From the sequence record SRR20825006_128: a stretch of DNA of 64,000 bases; one strand, 5' to 3'. How positions within the stretch are numbered: the first letter of the stretch is position 1; each line of letters starts with the position of its first letter. The notes below the pieces were generated by a model that saw only the letters and a program-made list of their open reading frames with translations, had not been told where the DNA came from and ran no database searches. Shown here piece by piece: positions 20,070-28,947 of the stretch. The translations under genes were made by a program, and so were the position numbers.

Positions 20070-21023
20070 TTAATAGTGATTGAGTTGTGCTGCTTCGGTA
20101 TTATCGATGCCGCTTACATCAATTGAAATTTTTCCACCTTCATGCGTAATGAGATAGGTGAATTTAGCACCCCATTCAATTTCAGAATATTTGTAGGAAG
20201 TTCGTGAGTAAACAGATTGCGAGAAGGTATCGTCAAAGGCTTTAAGCGTAACAATGATCTCTGCATCTTTAATCATCAATTCTTCTTTTGACAACTTATA
20301 AAAAGGGCTGGTTTCTGTTATTGGGTGTACGATCGTCCAGGCAGCAGGTAAAAAGACTACTTGAGATCGCTCTAACTCTAACGGATAGAAATTACGTAGA
20401 TTAGAATTTTCGCGCAGCATAGACAATGCAACGGTAGCTTCAAGCTCTAGAAGTTGATTGCCGTGCGGGTTGACCACTCTAAACATAAAACCATTAATAT
20501 CTTTATATGGAGCAATTACTGCACTTATACTGTATTTGAGTTTGGCGGCAGGTTTAGAAAAACGGCCATATACCATACCGGTTGCTAGCGCAAAACCTAA
20601 TAAACCAAGCATAGATTCTGTGGCTGCGACAATATTGGCTAAAATGCCGGTAGGCGCCACTTGACCATAGCCTAATGTGGTGATGGTCTGCGCACTAAAG
20701 AAGAAGGCCTCAATAAATTGTTCAATTGTGGTAGTGCCGTAAATTCCGGTAAGGTTTTCAATTCCTATGAGGATATAGATACTTGCAAAAAGCAGATTGA
20801 CGCAGAAATATGTTGCTAAAACCAAGAGTAAAAACTTACTCCAAGACATAGAAACCAACGCATGAAAAAAGTTGATCTTTTCTAAAAGTGGTACGTTATT
20901 CTTTTTGATGTTGAAAGTACCATCTTTATTGATCACCCGATAATGCCCTGAGGTAGCTTTCTCGCCAAGACCAAAATCATTGTACTTTTTTTTCTCGTAA
21001 GCATCTGTTTTGTTAACAGCCAT
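20070..21023 (-). CDS. Inward-rectifier (KirBac-like) potassium channel
   Basis: FFFSAQTITTLGYG pore/filter, two TM helices and a cytoplasmic Kir domain (WTIVHPITETSPF). The start may instead be 21041. Confidence 0.88.
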   Translation of the reverse strand: MAVNKTDAYEKKKYNDFGLGEKATSGHYRVINKDGTFNIKKNNVPLLEKINFFHALVSMSWSKFLLLVLATYFCVNLLFASIYILIGIENLTGIYGTTTIEQFIEAFFFSAQTITTLGYGQVAPTGILANIVAATESMLGLLGFALATGMVYGRFSKPAAKLKYSISAVIAPYKDINGFMFRVVNPHGNQLLELEATVALSMLRENSNLRNFYPLELERSQVVFLPAAWTIVHPITETSPFYKLSKEELMIKDAEIIVTLKAFDDTFSQSVYSRTSYKYSEIEWGAKFTYLITHEGGKISIDVSGIDNTEAAQLNHY

Positions 21024-21120
21024 AGAAGATGAATCAAGCATCTAATTTAGGAACATTTCTTTATTCCTTAAAGTTTTAAAATGTTTAAAAGCCCGATGTA
21101 TTCAAACAGTTTACTACACA

Positions 21121-21147
21121 AAAAAAAGCTTTACAAACATGTAAAGC
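21121..21147 (-). terminator. Rho-independent terminator for the small ORF at 21176-21313
   Basis: GCTTTACA-aaca-TGTAAAGC stem preceded by an A-run on the plus strand (U-tail on minus). Confidence 0.7.
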
Positions 21148-21175
21148 CTCTTTCAATTTTTTAGGGAGCGCGTGC

Positions 21176-21313
21176 TTAAAGAACGTCAAAGACAAAGCCT
21201 AAAAGCCAGTATAAAATGATAAAAACCACAATGGTACCAATACATCCACAACGACCGCCGCCAATTTTTTTTGCTCCATATCCTGCAAGAAGGGCTCTAA
21301 GTAATTTTTTCAT
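21176..21313 (-). CDS. Small 45-aa membrane protein (not in the ORF track)
   Basis: Manual translation: MKKLLRALLAGYGAKKIGGGRCGCIGTIVVFIILYWLLGFVFDVL. Candidate -7 box TAACTTAG upstream and a terminator downstream. Confidence 0.8.
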   Translation of the reverse strand: MKKLLRALLAGYGAKKIGGGRCGCIGTIVVFIILYWLLGFVFDVL

Positions 21314-21457
21314 AAGTATTGAATTGGTTAGCTAGTTCGCTAAGTTACTATCATTTAACGATGTGCAGCTGTGATTCTTACAGATTAACAATACTTTAAA
21401 CACAAAGCATAAGCAAGGCTCACAGGCTTTTGTAAATTTAGATGTAAAACTTAATTT

Positions 21458-22405
21458 ATGGCTGCATCAAGAAAATCTCAATCTCAAATTAAAGTTCCTT
21501 CATTGGTTTTTGGAGGAAATGTTTTTGGCTGGACGGCTGATAAAAAAATGTCGTTTTACCTGTTAGATGCCTTATTAGAACGCGGTCTCAACTTTATTGA
21601 TACTGCAAATGTATATTCGTATTGGGGCGAAGGGAATTCTGGAGGTGAAAGTGAAGCAATGATCGGTGCCTGGCTTAAAGAGCGGAAAAACCGCGATCAA
21701 GTGATCATTGCAACCAAGGTGGGCAGTCCTATAGGCGATGAATCTAATAATTTATCTGCGAGTTATATAAAAGAGCAAATAGATCTTAGTTTACAGCGGT
21801 TACAAACTGATTATGTAGATGTATATTTTAGTCATAAATATGATGACAGTGTTGAGCAGCGCGAAACGCTTGCAGCCTATAAACATCTCATCGATGCTGG
21901 TAAAGTACGTGAAATAGGAGCTTCAAATTTTCCGCTTGCGGTATTGCGTGAAGCACTAGAATTGTCAAAAATGGAAAGCTTACCTAAATATCAGTTTATA
22001 CAACCGCACTATAATTTAATGGAACGGGAAAGTTTTGAAGGTGCGTATCAAGAATTTTGTATAGAAGAAAACCTGAGTGTCACCAGCTATTTTACCTTAG
22101 CGAGCGGTTTCCTTACCGGTAAATATAAAAATGCAGAAGAAGCTTCAGGAAAAGCTCGCGAGCGTTTTGTTAAAAAATACTTCACTCCAAAAGGTTTTGA
22201 AGTCTTAAACGCCTTAAAAACTCTAGCGAAGCGTTATGACTGTTCGCCGGCCGCCTTAAGTATGGCGTGGACGATACACCAACCGGGAGTCACTGCTCCA
22301 ATAGTCAGCGCGACTAAAGAAAATCATCTAACCGCTTTTGATGAAGTTTTAAAACTTCAATTGGATGAAGATGCCTTAGCGCTTTTAAATCAAGCGAGTG
22401 CGTAG
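21458..22405 (+). CDS. Aldo/keto reductase
   Basis: FGGNVFGW, FIDTANVY, IIATKVG, SLQRLQTDYVD and IGASN motifs. Confidence 0.93.
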   Translation: MAASRKSQSQIKVPSLVFGGNVFGWTADKKMSFYLLDALLERGLNFIDTANVYSYWGEGNSGGESEAMIGAWLKERKNRDQVIIATKVGSPIGDESNNLSASYIKEQIDLSLQRLQTDYVDVYFSHKYDDSVEQRETLAAYKHLIDAGKVREIGASNFPLAVLREALELSKMESLPKYQFIQPHYNLMERESFEGAYQEFCIEENLSVTSYFTLASGFLTGKYKNAEEASGKARERFVKKYFTPKGFEVLNALKTLAKRYDCSPAALSMAWTIHQPGVTAPIVSATKENHLTAFDEVLKLQLDEDALALLNQASA

Positions 22406-22650
22406 ATGTCTTTTACTATGGATATAAAGCTATTCTAGCCTATTATAGTAAATTCTGAGCTTCACGCTGTCAAGTTTCGTGTGCACTTTTGCTTTATAAT
22501 TTTGTTATTCAGAAGGCGTAAAACGCTAAAAAATTTTCAAATACTTTACAAAAACCGAATTTCACTACGTTTTAAGAAATCTTGTTAAGATATTCTTAAC
22601 AGCATATGTTGTTAAGGAGTGTTAATTTGGCGCAACTCTAAAATGTAATA

Positions 22651-25110
22651 ATGAAATTAAAACTTTACCCCATCGCGACATTTGTGCTCGCGATGTTGAC
22701 GGTGAATTGTGCGAGTACCAAGCAAAAGAAAAAAAATGCGAGTGCAGCCACCGAAGAAAAACAAGAAAAGTCTAAAAGTGATCTCAAAGCTTATGACAAA
22801 GTAATTACAAAAGAAGCGGTCTCAGACTCAGGTTTGTTTACCGTTCACAAAGTAGAAGATGATTATTTCTACGAAATTCCTGACAGTCTTTTTAATCGTG
22901 AAATGTTAATGGTTACCCGAATCGCTAAAACCGCAACCGGAATAGGTTTTGGTGGAGGAAAAGCCAATACACAGGTTTTACGCTGGGAAAAGAAGAACAA
23001 AAAGGTTTTGTTGCGTGTAGTTTCACATGAGATTTTTGCCGCAGACTCTTTACCTATTCACGAAGCGGTGAGCAATTCTAATTTTGAGCCGGTTCTATTT
23101 TCTTTTGATGTAAAAACCATCAACAAAGATTCTACTGCGACTGTTGTTCAGGTAAATGACCTGTTTTCTGATGATGTGCAAGCTTTAGGATTGCCTGGCT
23201 ATTACAGAGAATCATACAAAGTGCGTAACGTAGATAAGGGCAGAGGCTATATTGAAAGCTTAAAGAGTTTTCCATTAAATATCGAATCACGCCACGTAAA
23301 AACCTATAACGCCGGAAATCCGCCAAGTAACGAAAGTGTAGGTTCTATCACAGTAGAGATGAGCAACAGTATGGTTTTGTTACCAAAAGTTCCTATGGAG
23401 CGTCGTTATTTTGACCGAAGAGTAGGCTGGTTTGCTCGCGGGCAGGTAGATTATGGTCTGGACGCTCAAGAAAGTAAAACAGTGCGTTATTTAGATAGGT
23501 GGAGATTAGAAGTTAAACCGGAAGACGAGGCTAAATTTAAAGCAGGCGAACTTGTTGAGCCTAAAAAGCAGATCGTTTACTACATTGACCGCGCGACTCC
23601 TAAAAAATGGATTCCGTTTATCAAGGAAGGTATAGAAGACTGGCAGGTGGCTTTTGAGGCTGCAGGTTTCAAAAATGCCATCATCGCTAAAGAAGCTCCA
23701 ACTAAAGAAGAAGACCCAGACTGGTCTCCTGAAGATGTACGTTATTCAACGGTACGTTACTTAGCATCGCCAATTCCTAATGCAAATGGACCTCACGTAA
23801 GTGACCCACGTAGTGGTGAGATTTTAGAATCAGACATCAACTGGTATCACAATGTAATGACGTTATTGCGTAATTGGTATTTTGTTCAAACTGCTGCTAA
23901 AAACCCTGAAGCTAGAGGAGTAGCGTTTAAAGACAAAATTATGGGGCGTTTAATTCGTTTTGTTTCTTCACACGAAGTGGGGCATACTTTAGGTTTACCG
24001 CATAATATGGGAAGTAGCGTTGCGTATCCTGTAGATTCATTACGTTCTAAAAGCTTTACTGATAAATACGGGACTGCACCATCTATTATGGATTATGCAC
24101 GTTTTAATTACGTGGCTCAACCGGGAGATGGTGACGTTTCTATGATGCCTAATATTGGAGTTTACGATAAGTACTCTATCAAGTGGGGATATCGTCCTAT
24201 TTTAGATAAAGAAGGGATGGAAGAAAAACCAATTCTTGATCAGTGGATTTTAGAGCACGCAGGAGACCCTTTATATCGTTTTGGAGCACAACAATGGAGT
24301 GTTGTTGACCCTAGTTCGCAAACGGAAGATTTGGGAGATGACGCTGTGAAAGCGAGTAATTATGGTATCGAAAACCTAAAGCGCATCATTCCTAATCTTA
24401 TCAGCTGGACTTCAGAAGATGGTAAGGATTATGATGATCTTGAAACCTTATATGGCCAGGTTTTAACGCAGTTTAATCGATATATGGGTCACGTGAGTAA
24501 TAACATTGGTGGTGTATATCAATACAACAAAACCTACGATCAAGAAGGAGCTGTATTTATTCCTGTACCTAAAGAGCGTCAGGAAGAAAGTATGCAATTT
24601 TTACAAGATCAATTATTCACAACTCCAGAATGGATGATTGATAACAACATCTTGAATAAAATTGAGAATAACGGAAATGTGGAACGCATACGCGGTTTAC
24701 AGGTACGTACGCTAGAAAATGTATTAGATTTTGGCCGTCTTGGGCGAATGATCGAAAACGAAACGCTAAATGGCAAGGAAGCTTACACGCTAACAGAAAT
24801 GATGAACGACCTACGTTCAGGAATTTTTAGCGAACTGCGTTCAGGTAAGAAAATTGATACCTACAGACGTAATTTACAACGCGCTTATGTAGATCGCCTG
24901 GAATACCTTCTAACTGAAGAGCAAAGCGGTCGCCGTAACGCAACGAGTGTAAATGTTAGTCAATCTGATATTAGAGCGATAGCTCGTGCCGAATTAAACA
25001 CCTTAAAGCGTAGCGTACGCAGCGCAATTGGTAGAACCGGTGATACTTTAAGTCGTTACCACTTACAGGATTTAATGGAGCGTATAGATCTTATTCTTGA
25101 TCCCAGATAA
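22651..25110 (+). CDS. Zinc-dependent metalloprotease lipoprotein (metzincin; DUF5117/DUF4953-type)
   Basis: Lipobox TVNC, zinc motif HEVGHTLGLPH and Met-turn SIMDY. Confidence 0.92.
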   Translation: MKLKLYPIATFVLAMLTVNCASTKQKKKNASAATEEKQEKSKSDLKAYDKVITKEAVSDSGLFTVHKVEDDYFYEIPDSLFNREMLMVTRIAKTATGIGFGGGKANTQVLRWEKKNKKVLLRVVSHEIFAADSLPIHEAVSNSNFEPVLFSFDVKTINKDSTATVVQVNDLFSDDVQALGLPGYYRESYKVRNVDKGRGYIESLKSFPLNIESRHVKTYNAGNPPSNESVGSITVEMSNSMVLLPKVPMERRYFDRRVGWFARGQVDYGLDAQESKTVRYLDRWRLEVKPEDEAKFKAGELVEPKKQIVYYIDRATPKKWIPFIKEGIEDWQVAFEAAGFKNAIIAKEAPTKEEDPDWSPEDVRYSTVRYLASPIPNANGPHVSDPRSGEILESDINWYHNVMTLLRNWYFVQTAAKNPEARGVAFKDKIMGRLIRFVSSHEVGHTLGLPHNMGSSVAYPVDSLRSKSFTDKYGTAPSIMDYARFNYVAQPGDGDVSMMPNIGVYDKYSIKWGYRPILDKEGMEEKPILDQWILEHAGDPLYRFGAQQWSVVDPSSQTEDLGDDAVKASNYGIENLKRIIPNLISWTSEDGKDYDDLETLYGQVLTQFNRYMGHVSNNIGGVYQYNKTYDQEGAVFIPVPKERQEESMQFLQDQLFTTPEWMIDNNILNKIENNGNVERIRGLQVRTLENVLDFGRLGRMIENETLNGKEAYTLTEMMNDLRSGIFSELRSGKKIDTYRRNLQRAYVDRLEYLLTEEQSGRRNATSVNVSQSDIRAIARAELNTLKRSVRSAIGRTGDTLSRYHLQDLMERIDLILDPR

Positions 25111-25148
25111 TCAAAACGATTCAACTTAAGATTGAATTATTGCTAAAT

Positions 25149-25180
25149 AAAAAGACCGGCATTGAGCCGGTCTTTTTTTT
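25149..25180. terminator. Bidirectional rho-independent terminator
   Basis: AAAAAGACCGGC-attga-GCCGGTCTTTTTTTT between convergent genes. Confidence 0.9.
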
Positions 25181-25196
25181 GTTTAGAAGAGACTTT

Positions 25197-26348
25197 TTAA
25201 TTTTCACTTACACGCTTCAGTTTATAAGAATCGCTGGTTTTAGTATCCAGAGATTGTATTTGAGCCATTGTCTTCTTTTTCACAATAAGCATAAACGCCG
25301 GATAGATCAATCCGCTTACAATCAAAATACCTGCAAGCAAAACCATAGTTTTTATTGAAGCAAACAAAGTTCCGGCAGAAAGAATTCCTAAAATAAGCAC
25401 CACAGAAAGCGGGAAGGATACAGCCAAAATGTTGATCGCAAAGTTTTGGTTAAACGTCTTCTTGAAATTTAAAACACGCTTTTCTTGAGCATCTACTGCA
25501 GCGATGTGCGCAAACGGCCAAAAACTACAAGCACTAAGCCCAAAAGCCAACAATAACAGCCGATCTTGAGCAACGTTAATTTGTACAGCAGTAATTAATG
25601 CTATTCCCAGAATCACAACAATACCAGCTCTTAAAAGCAGCATCGAAATAATTTGAGCAAATTGTCTCTTTTTAATTTTTACGGAAAGTCCGATAAATAA
25701 CAATACTAAAGGTGTCATTAATAAACTGAGCCTGCTCAAGCTTTCACTTACAATAAAAGGTAAATTATTCATATGAAAACCAAAGGACAATAAGATCAAA
25801 GCTGCGATGATAAACAGATTAACGGGTTCTGAAACCATTGCTATACAAAGGCTTTTAAATTTAGCTTTATTAGAAGTGTTCTCGATTTCTTGTGTTTTAT
25901 AATGCCAGCGCATCGCCACCAGATACAGTACAAGTAATACAAAAACTTTATTTCCTAAATCGGCCATTGCTGCTTTTGCCAGGTAGCTATCTCCCAGGTA
26001 TTCTAAAATAAAAGGAAAACAACTTAGTCCCGGTGCCAGTGATGACAACAGTAATTGTCCTGTTCTGTAATTAGGACTTTCTTTTTTGATCCCTAATAAA
26101 GGAAAGACCAAAGGCGTCGCAAAAAATAGAACTACATTAAGTAAAAGCGCAATGATGGGCAAAAGTAGGAGCGAGGCTTCAATATTAACACCAATCAATG
26201 CAATGAAAATTGTAGCCGGTAATGCTAAATTGAGTATAATAACTTTAATGCCGGCTAGCTCAGATTTATTCTTGAGTTTTACTTTTAATAGGATACCAAT
26301 TCCTATAAAGAGTAGAAAGAGTAGGGTTTTTTGAAGATTAATATCCAT
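25197..26348 (-). CDS. AEC family (membrane transport protein) permease
   Basis: About 11 TM helices with ILNLALPATIF and GLSCFPFILEYLG, and a two-repeat layout as in AEC transporters. Confidence 0.75.
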   Translation of the reverse strand: MDINLQKTLLFLLFIGIGILLKVKLKNKSELAGIKVIILNLALPATIFIALIGVNIEASLLLLPIIALLLNVVLFFATPLVFPLLGIKKESPNYRTGQLLLSSLAPGLSCFPFILEYLGDSYLAKAAMADLGNKVFVLLVLYLVAMRWHYKTQEIENTSNKAKFKSLCIAMVSEPVNLFIIAALILLSFGFHMNNLPFIVSESLSRLSLLMTPLVLLFIGLSVKIKKRQFAQIISMLLLRAGIVVILGIALITAVQINVAQDRLLLLAFGLSACSFWPFAHIAAVDAQEKRVLNFKKTFNQNFAINILAVSFPLSVVLILGILSAGTLFASIKTMVLLAGILIVSGLIYPAFMLIVKKKTMAQIQSLDTKTSDSYKLKRVSEN

Positions 26349-26350
26349 AA

Positions 26351-27541
26351 TTAGACGAGGATTTCTTCAATCGCATCGGTAAAATATTTCATTTCTTCCA
26401 TAGTTCCCATACTCACGCGGCACCAGTTTTGATCCCAAAAACGAAACGCCCGAACGACCACTTTTTTATCGTAAATCTTTTCAAGAAATGCATCTCCTTC
26501 CATAGGAATCGGGAAGATCACAAAATTTGTAGAAGAAGGCATATAATCAAAACCACGAGACTCTAAGTAGGAGGTCGTATAATCTCTAGCTTCTTTAATT
26601 TTATTTTTACAGTCTGTCAGGTAGGCTTCGTCATCCATACTTGCTGAAGCAGCAGCGATGGTTGGTCCCGCGATTCCCATTCCGCCACGCGTGATATCGT
26701 TGATGGCTTCTAGGGATTCTTTTTTGCCCAACATATATCCCATACGTAAGCCGGCCATTCCGTGTATTTTTGAAAAAGTACGGGCTACAAATACATCATA
26801 ACCTTCAGCAACTAATGGTGCCATACTTGCGTCCATTCCTTCCGGAGCGAGCTCTAAATAAGCCTCGTCAATAAAAACAGGAACCCTTTTTGAAACACGT
26901 TTACAAAAGTCTTTTAGATCTTCAGTATCGGTTTGCGTAGCTGTTGGATTATTAGGATTGGTGATATAAACCAATTTTGTATCGTCGTCAATCGCCGCCT
27001 CCATAGCTTTGAGATCGTGTTGATAATCTTCGGTTAATTTTACCGCTTTCCACGAACCTCCAGAAGCTTTAGCTACGCTTACAAGAGACATATAACTGGG
27101 GTCTGCGCTTACCACGTTTCCGCCTTCTCTAAAATAAACCAAAGCTGTTTTTTCTAGTAAATCTGATGAACCAGGACCCATCATAATGTTATCAGGAGTA
27201 ACCCCTTCTTTGTCTGCAATTTTCTGGACCAATTGACCAAGAGTGGACCAAGAATAATGATTACCATCCCATACAGCTTCTTGAAAAGCTTTAGCTGCAA
27301 GTTTAGATGGACCGTGTGGGTTTTCATTCCAAACCAAGCGCGCCTTAACCGTGCTTAGATCTGGCATACGCGGCGGAGTGAATTCGTCAAAAGAAGTATT
27401 TCTGTATAAAAACTTTTGATTGTTTTTTTGTGCTTCTTCTACGGTTGCAGCCCATAAGGCAGTAGGCGCTACCGCTACTGCACCTACAGAAAGTGCCATT
27501 TTTTTTAACCAATCTCTCCTGTGAAGATTTGATGTGCTCAT
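26351..27541 (-). CDS. HisC-like PLP-dependent aminotransferase with a twin-arginine signal peptide
   Basis: RRDWLK Tat motif, hydrophobic core and ALWA site; NENPHGPS, NPNNPT, DEAY and RTFSKIHGMAGLR (PLP lysine). Confidence 0.9.
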   Translation of the reverse strand: MSTSNLHRRDWLKKMALSVGAVAVAPTALWAATVEEAQKNNQKFLYRNTSFDEFTPPRMPDLSTVKARLVWNENPHGPSKLAAKAFQEAVWDGNHYSWSTLGQLVQKIADKEGVTPDNIMMGPGSSDLLEKTALVYFREGGNVVSADPSYMSLVSVAKASGGSWKAVKLTEDYQHDLKAMEAAIDDDTKLVYITNPNNPTATQTDTEDLKDFCKRVSKRVPVFIDEAYLELAPEGMDASMAPLVAEGYDVFVARTFSKIHGMAGLRMGYMLGKKESLEAINDITRGGMGIAGPTIAAASASMDDEAYLTDCKNKIKEARDYTTSYLESRGFDYMPSSTNFVIFPIPMEGDAFLEKIYDKKVVVRAFRFWDQNWCRVSMGTMEEMKYFTDAIEEILV

Positions 27542-27707
27542 GCTTAGATAGTGTTAGTTTTTAATTCTTTTAAATTTAAAAAAACACCACTGCAAATTGA
27601 CATTTAAGTTGATAAAAAACAGCGTTTTAAATATCGAATTGACAATGGAAAGTAGATTTCACTAGCAATCTTTCAATGACTTTAAAGCAATTAGTAAGAA
27701 TAAAGAC

Positions 27708-27753
27708 AAAAAAATAATCCGTTTTGATTGATTTTCAACCAAAACGGATTATT
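27708..27753 (-). terminator. Rho-independent terminator
   Basis: AATAATCCGTTTTG...CAAAACGGATTATT stem with an upstream A-run, downstream of the minus-strand gene ending at 27776. Confidence 0.8.
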
Positions 27754-27775
27754 GCAAACGAAGTCTAACTTAAAT

Positions 27776-28246
27776 CTATCTCAATTTAGCAATATCATCT
27801 AACTGTTGCAAATCTTCGATCGTATGGTAAATTTGAGAAAGCTGATTATTTAAAACAGTGCGCAAATGCTGAGGAAAATCGTGCTCCTTCAAAGCATTTT
27901 CATATTCTTCGGCACTTAGTTTTTCACCGCGCATACATTCTTCTAAAACCGAAGAAATATCATCTTTGCTTATAATGCTCTTGACATCGATCCAAATTCT
28001 GTGCAAATCTGCTGCTAGACTGCCATCACCTTCGGGGCGTGCGTTTAAGGCGTGTAATTCTTTATCCAACTGATTTGCAAAATGATTACGCTTTACTGCT
28101 TGCCGCTGCATAAACCCTCTCAATTCGGTATGTTCAATTTCTTGCATAGCCTTAATAAAGCCTTTCTCTGCATCGTAATTTTTGACCAATAATTTTTGAA
28201 GTGTTTCGGTTAGTTCTAAATTCAGTTTCTGTTTTTCAGCGTTCAT
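27776..28246 (-). CDS. PA2169/DUF2383 family ferritin-like four-helix-bundle protein
   Basis: KNYDAEKGF, LHRIWIDVKS and LEECMRGEK...EEYENAL. Confidence 0.87.
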   Translation of the reverse strand: MNAEKQKLNLELTETLQKLLVKNYDAEKGFIKAMQEIEHTELRGFMQRQAVKRNHFANQLDKELHALNARPEGDGSLAADLHRIWIDVKSIISKDDISSVLEECMRGEKLSAEEYENALKEHDFPQHLRTVLNNQLSQIYHTIEDLQQLDDIAKLR

Positions 28247-28418
28247 TTTATGTGTGTTCTTATCGTAAATACTGTGTTAGGCCTTGATATCAAAGCACTC
28301 GTAAATGTAAGTATCCTTTTTTAAATCTTTTTCGCTTTTGTTAAAATTTGCATTAGCTTAACAGTTCGTTTTTAAATAATTACCTTAATTAAGCACGAAT
28401 TTGAATGGATCTAGAGCT

Positions 28419-28880
28419 ATGAAATTATCTGAATTACAGGCTGTACTCAAAAAAGTTTATAAGATTGGTTTTGAATTGCCTAACGGAAAATTACTTCCAA
28501 GTCATTTCTATTGGTCAAAAGTAAGTCTCAAAAAAGAACATCAAATGCTACCAAATGGAAGCACTAGAAAACACGAATTTATCGAGATCCACTTAACCGC
28601 GTCTTCCCAAAACAATCACAGAAGAAACCCGAGCGATTTACAAGCGTTTTTAGATAAAGCAAAACAAGGCTTAAACTTACCTGATTTACCCATTGAAATA
28701 GCCTTGCTTGACCACGGAACCACTTGGTTTACATTGCAAAATGGCGAACCCTATTTTAAATTGGTCGCTCTCGATAATACCTCTGTTTCTAACAATACTA
28801 CCGTTAAGAATCAGCAAACTACCCCTTTGATGAAAGCAGCTTCAGATCCCAGCTTACCGGGCAGCAGTTGCTGTATTTAA
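28419..28880 (+). CDS. Diverged DUF6428-like protein
   Basis: MKLSE...FELPNGKLLPSHF start and PGSSCC end resemble DUF6428; the central motifs are degenerate. Confidence 0.6.
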   Translation: MKLSELQAVLKKVYKIGFELPNGKLLPSHFYWSKVSLKKEHQMLPNGSTRKHEFIEIHLTASSQNNHRRNPSDLQAFLDKAKQGLNLPDLPIEIALLDHGTTWFTLQNGEPYFKLVALDNTSVSNNTTVKNQQTTPLMKAASDPSLPGSSCCI

Positions 28881-28947
28881 TTTTTAGTGCGGGAATACGC
28901 AATTCTAAAATTGTGTAGACTACTTTTGTTGTGGATAAAAGAAAACT

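Noticed and set aside
21128-21147. TTTACA...TGTAAA as a further XRE operator
   Set aside because: The spacer differs from the operator consensus, and the A-run and position fit a terminator better.
25140-25358. 72-aa plus-strand ORF after the metalloprotease
   Set aside because: It runs through the terminator and is antisense to the permease.
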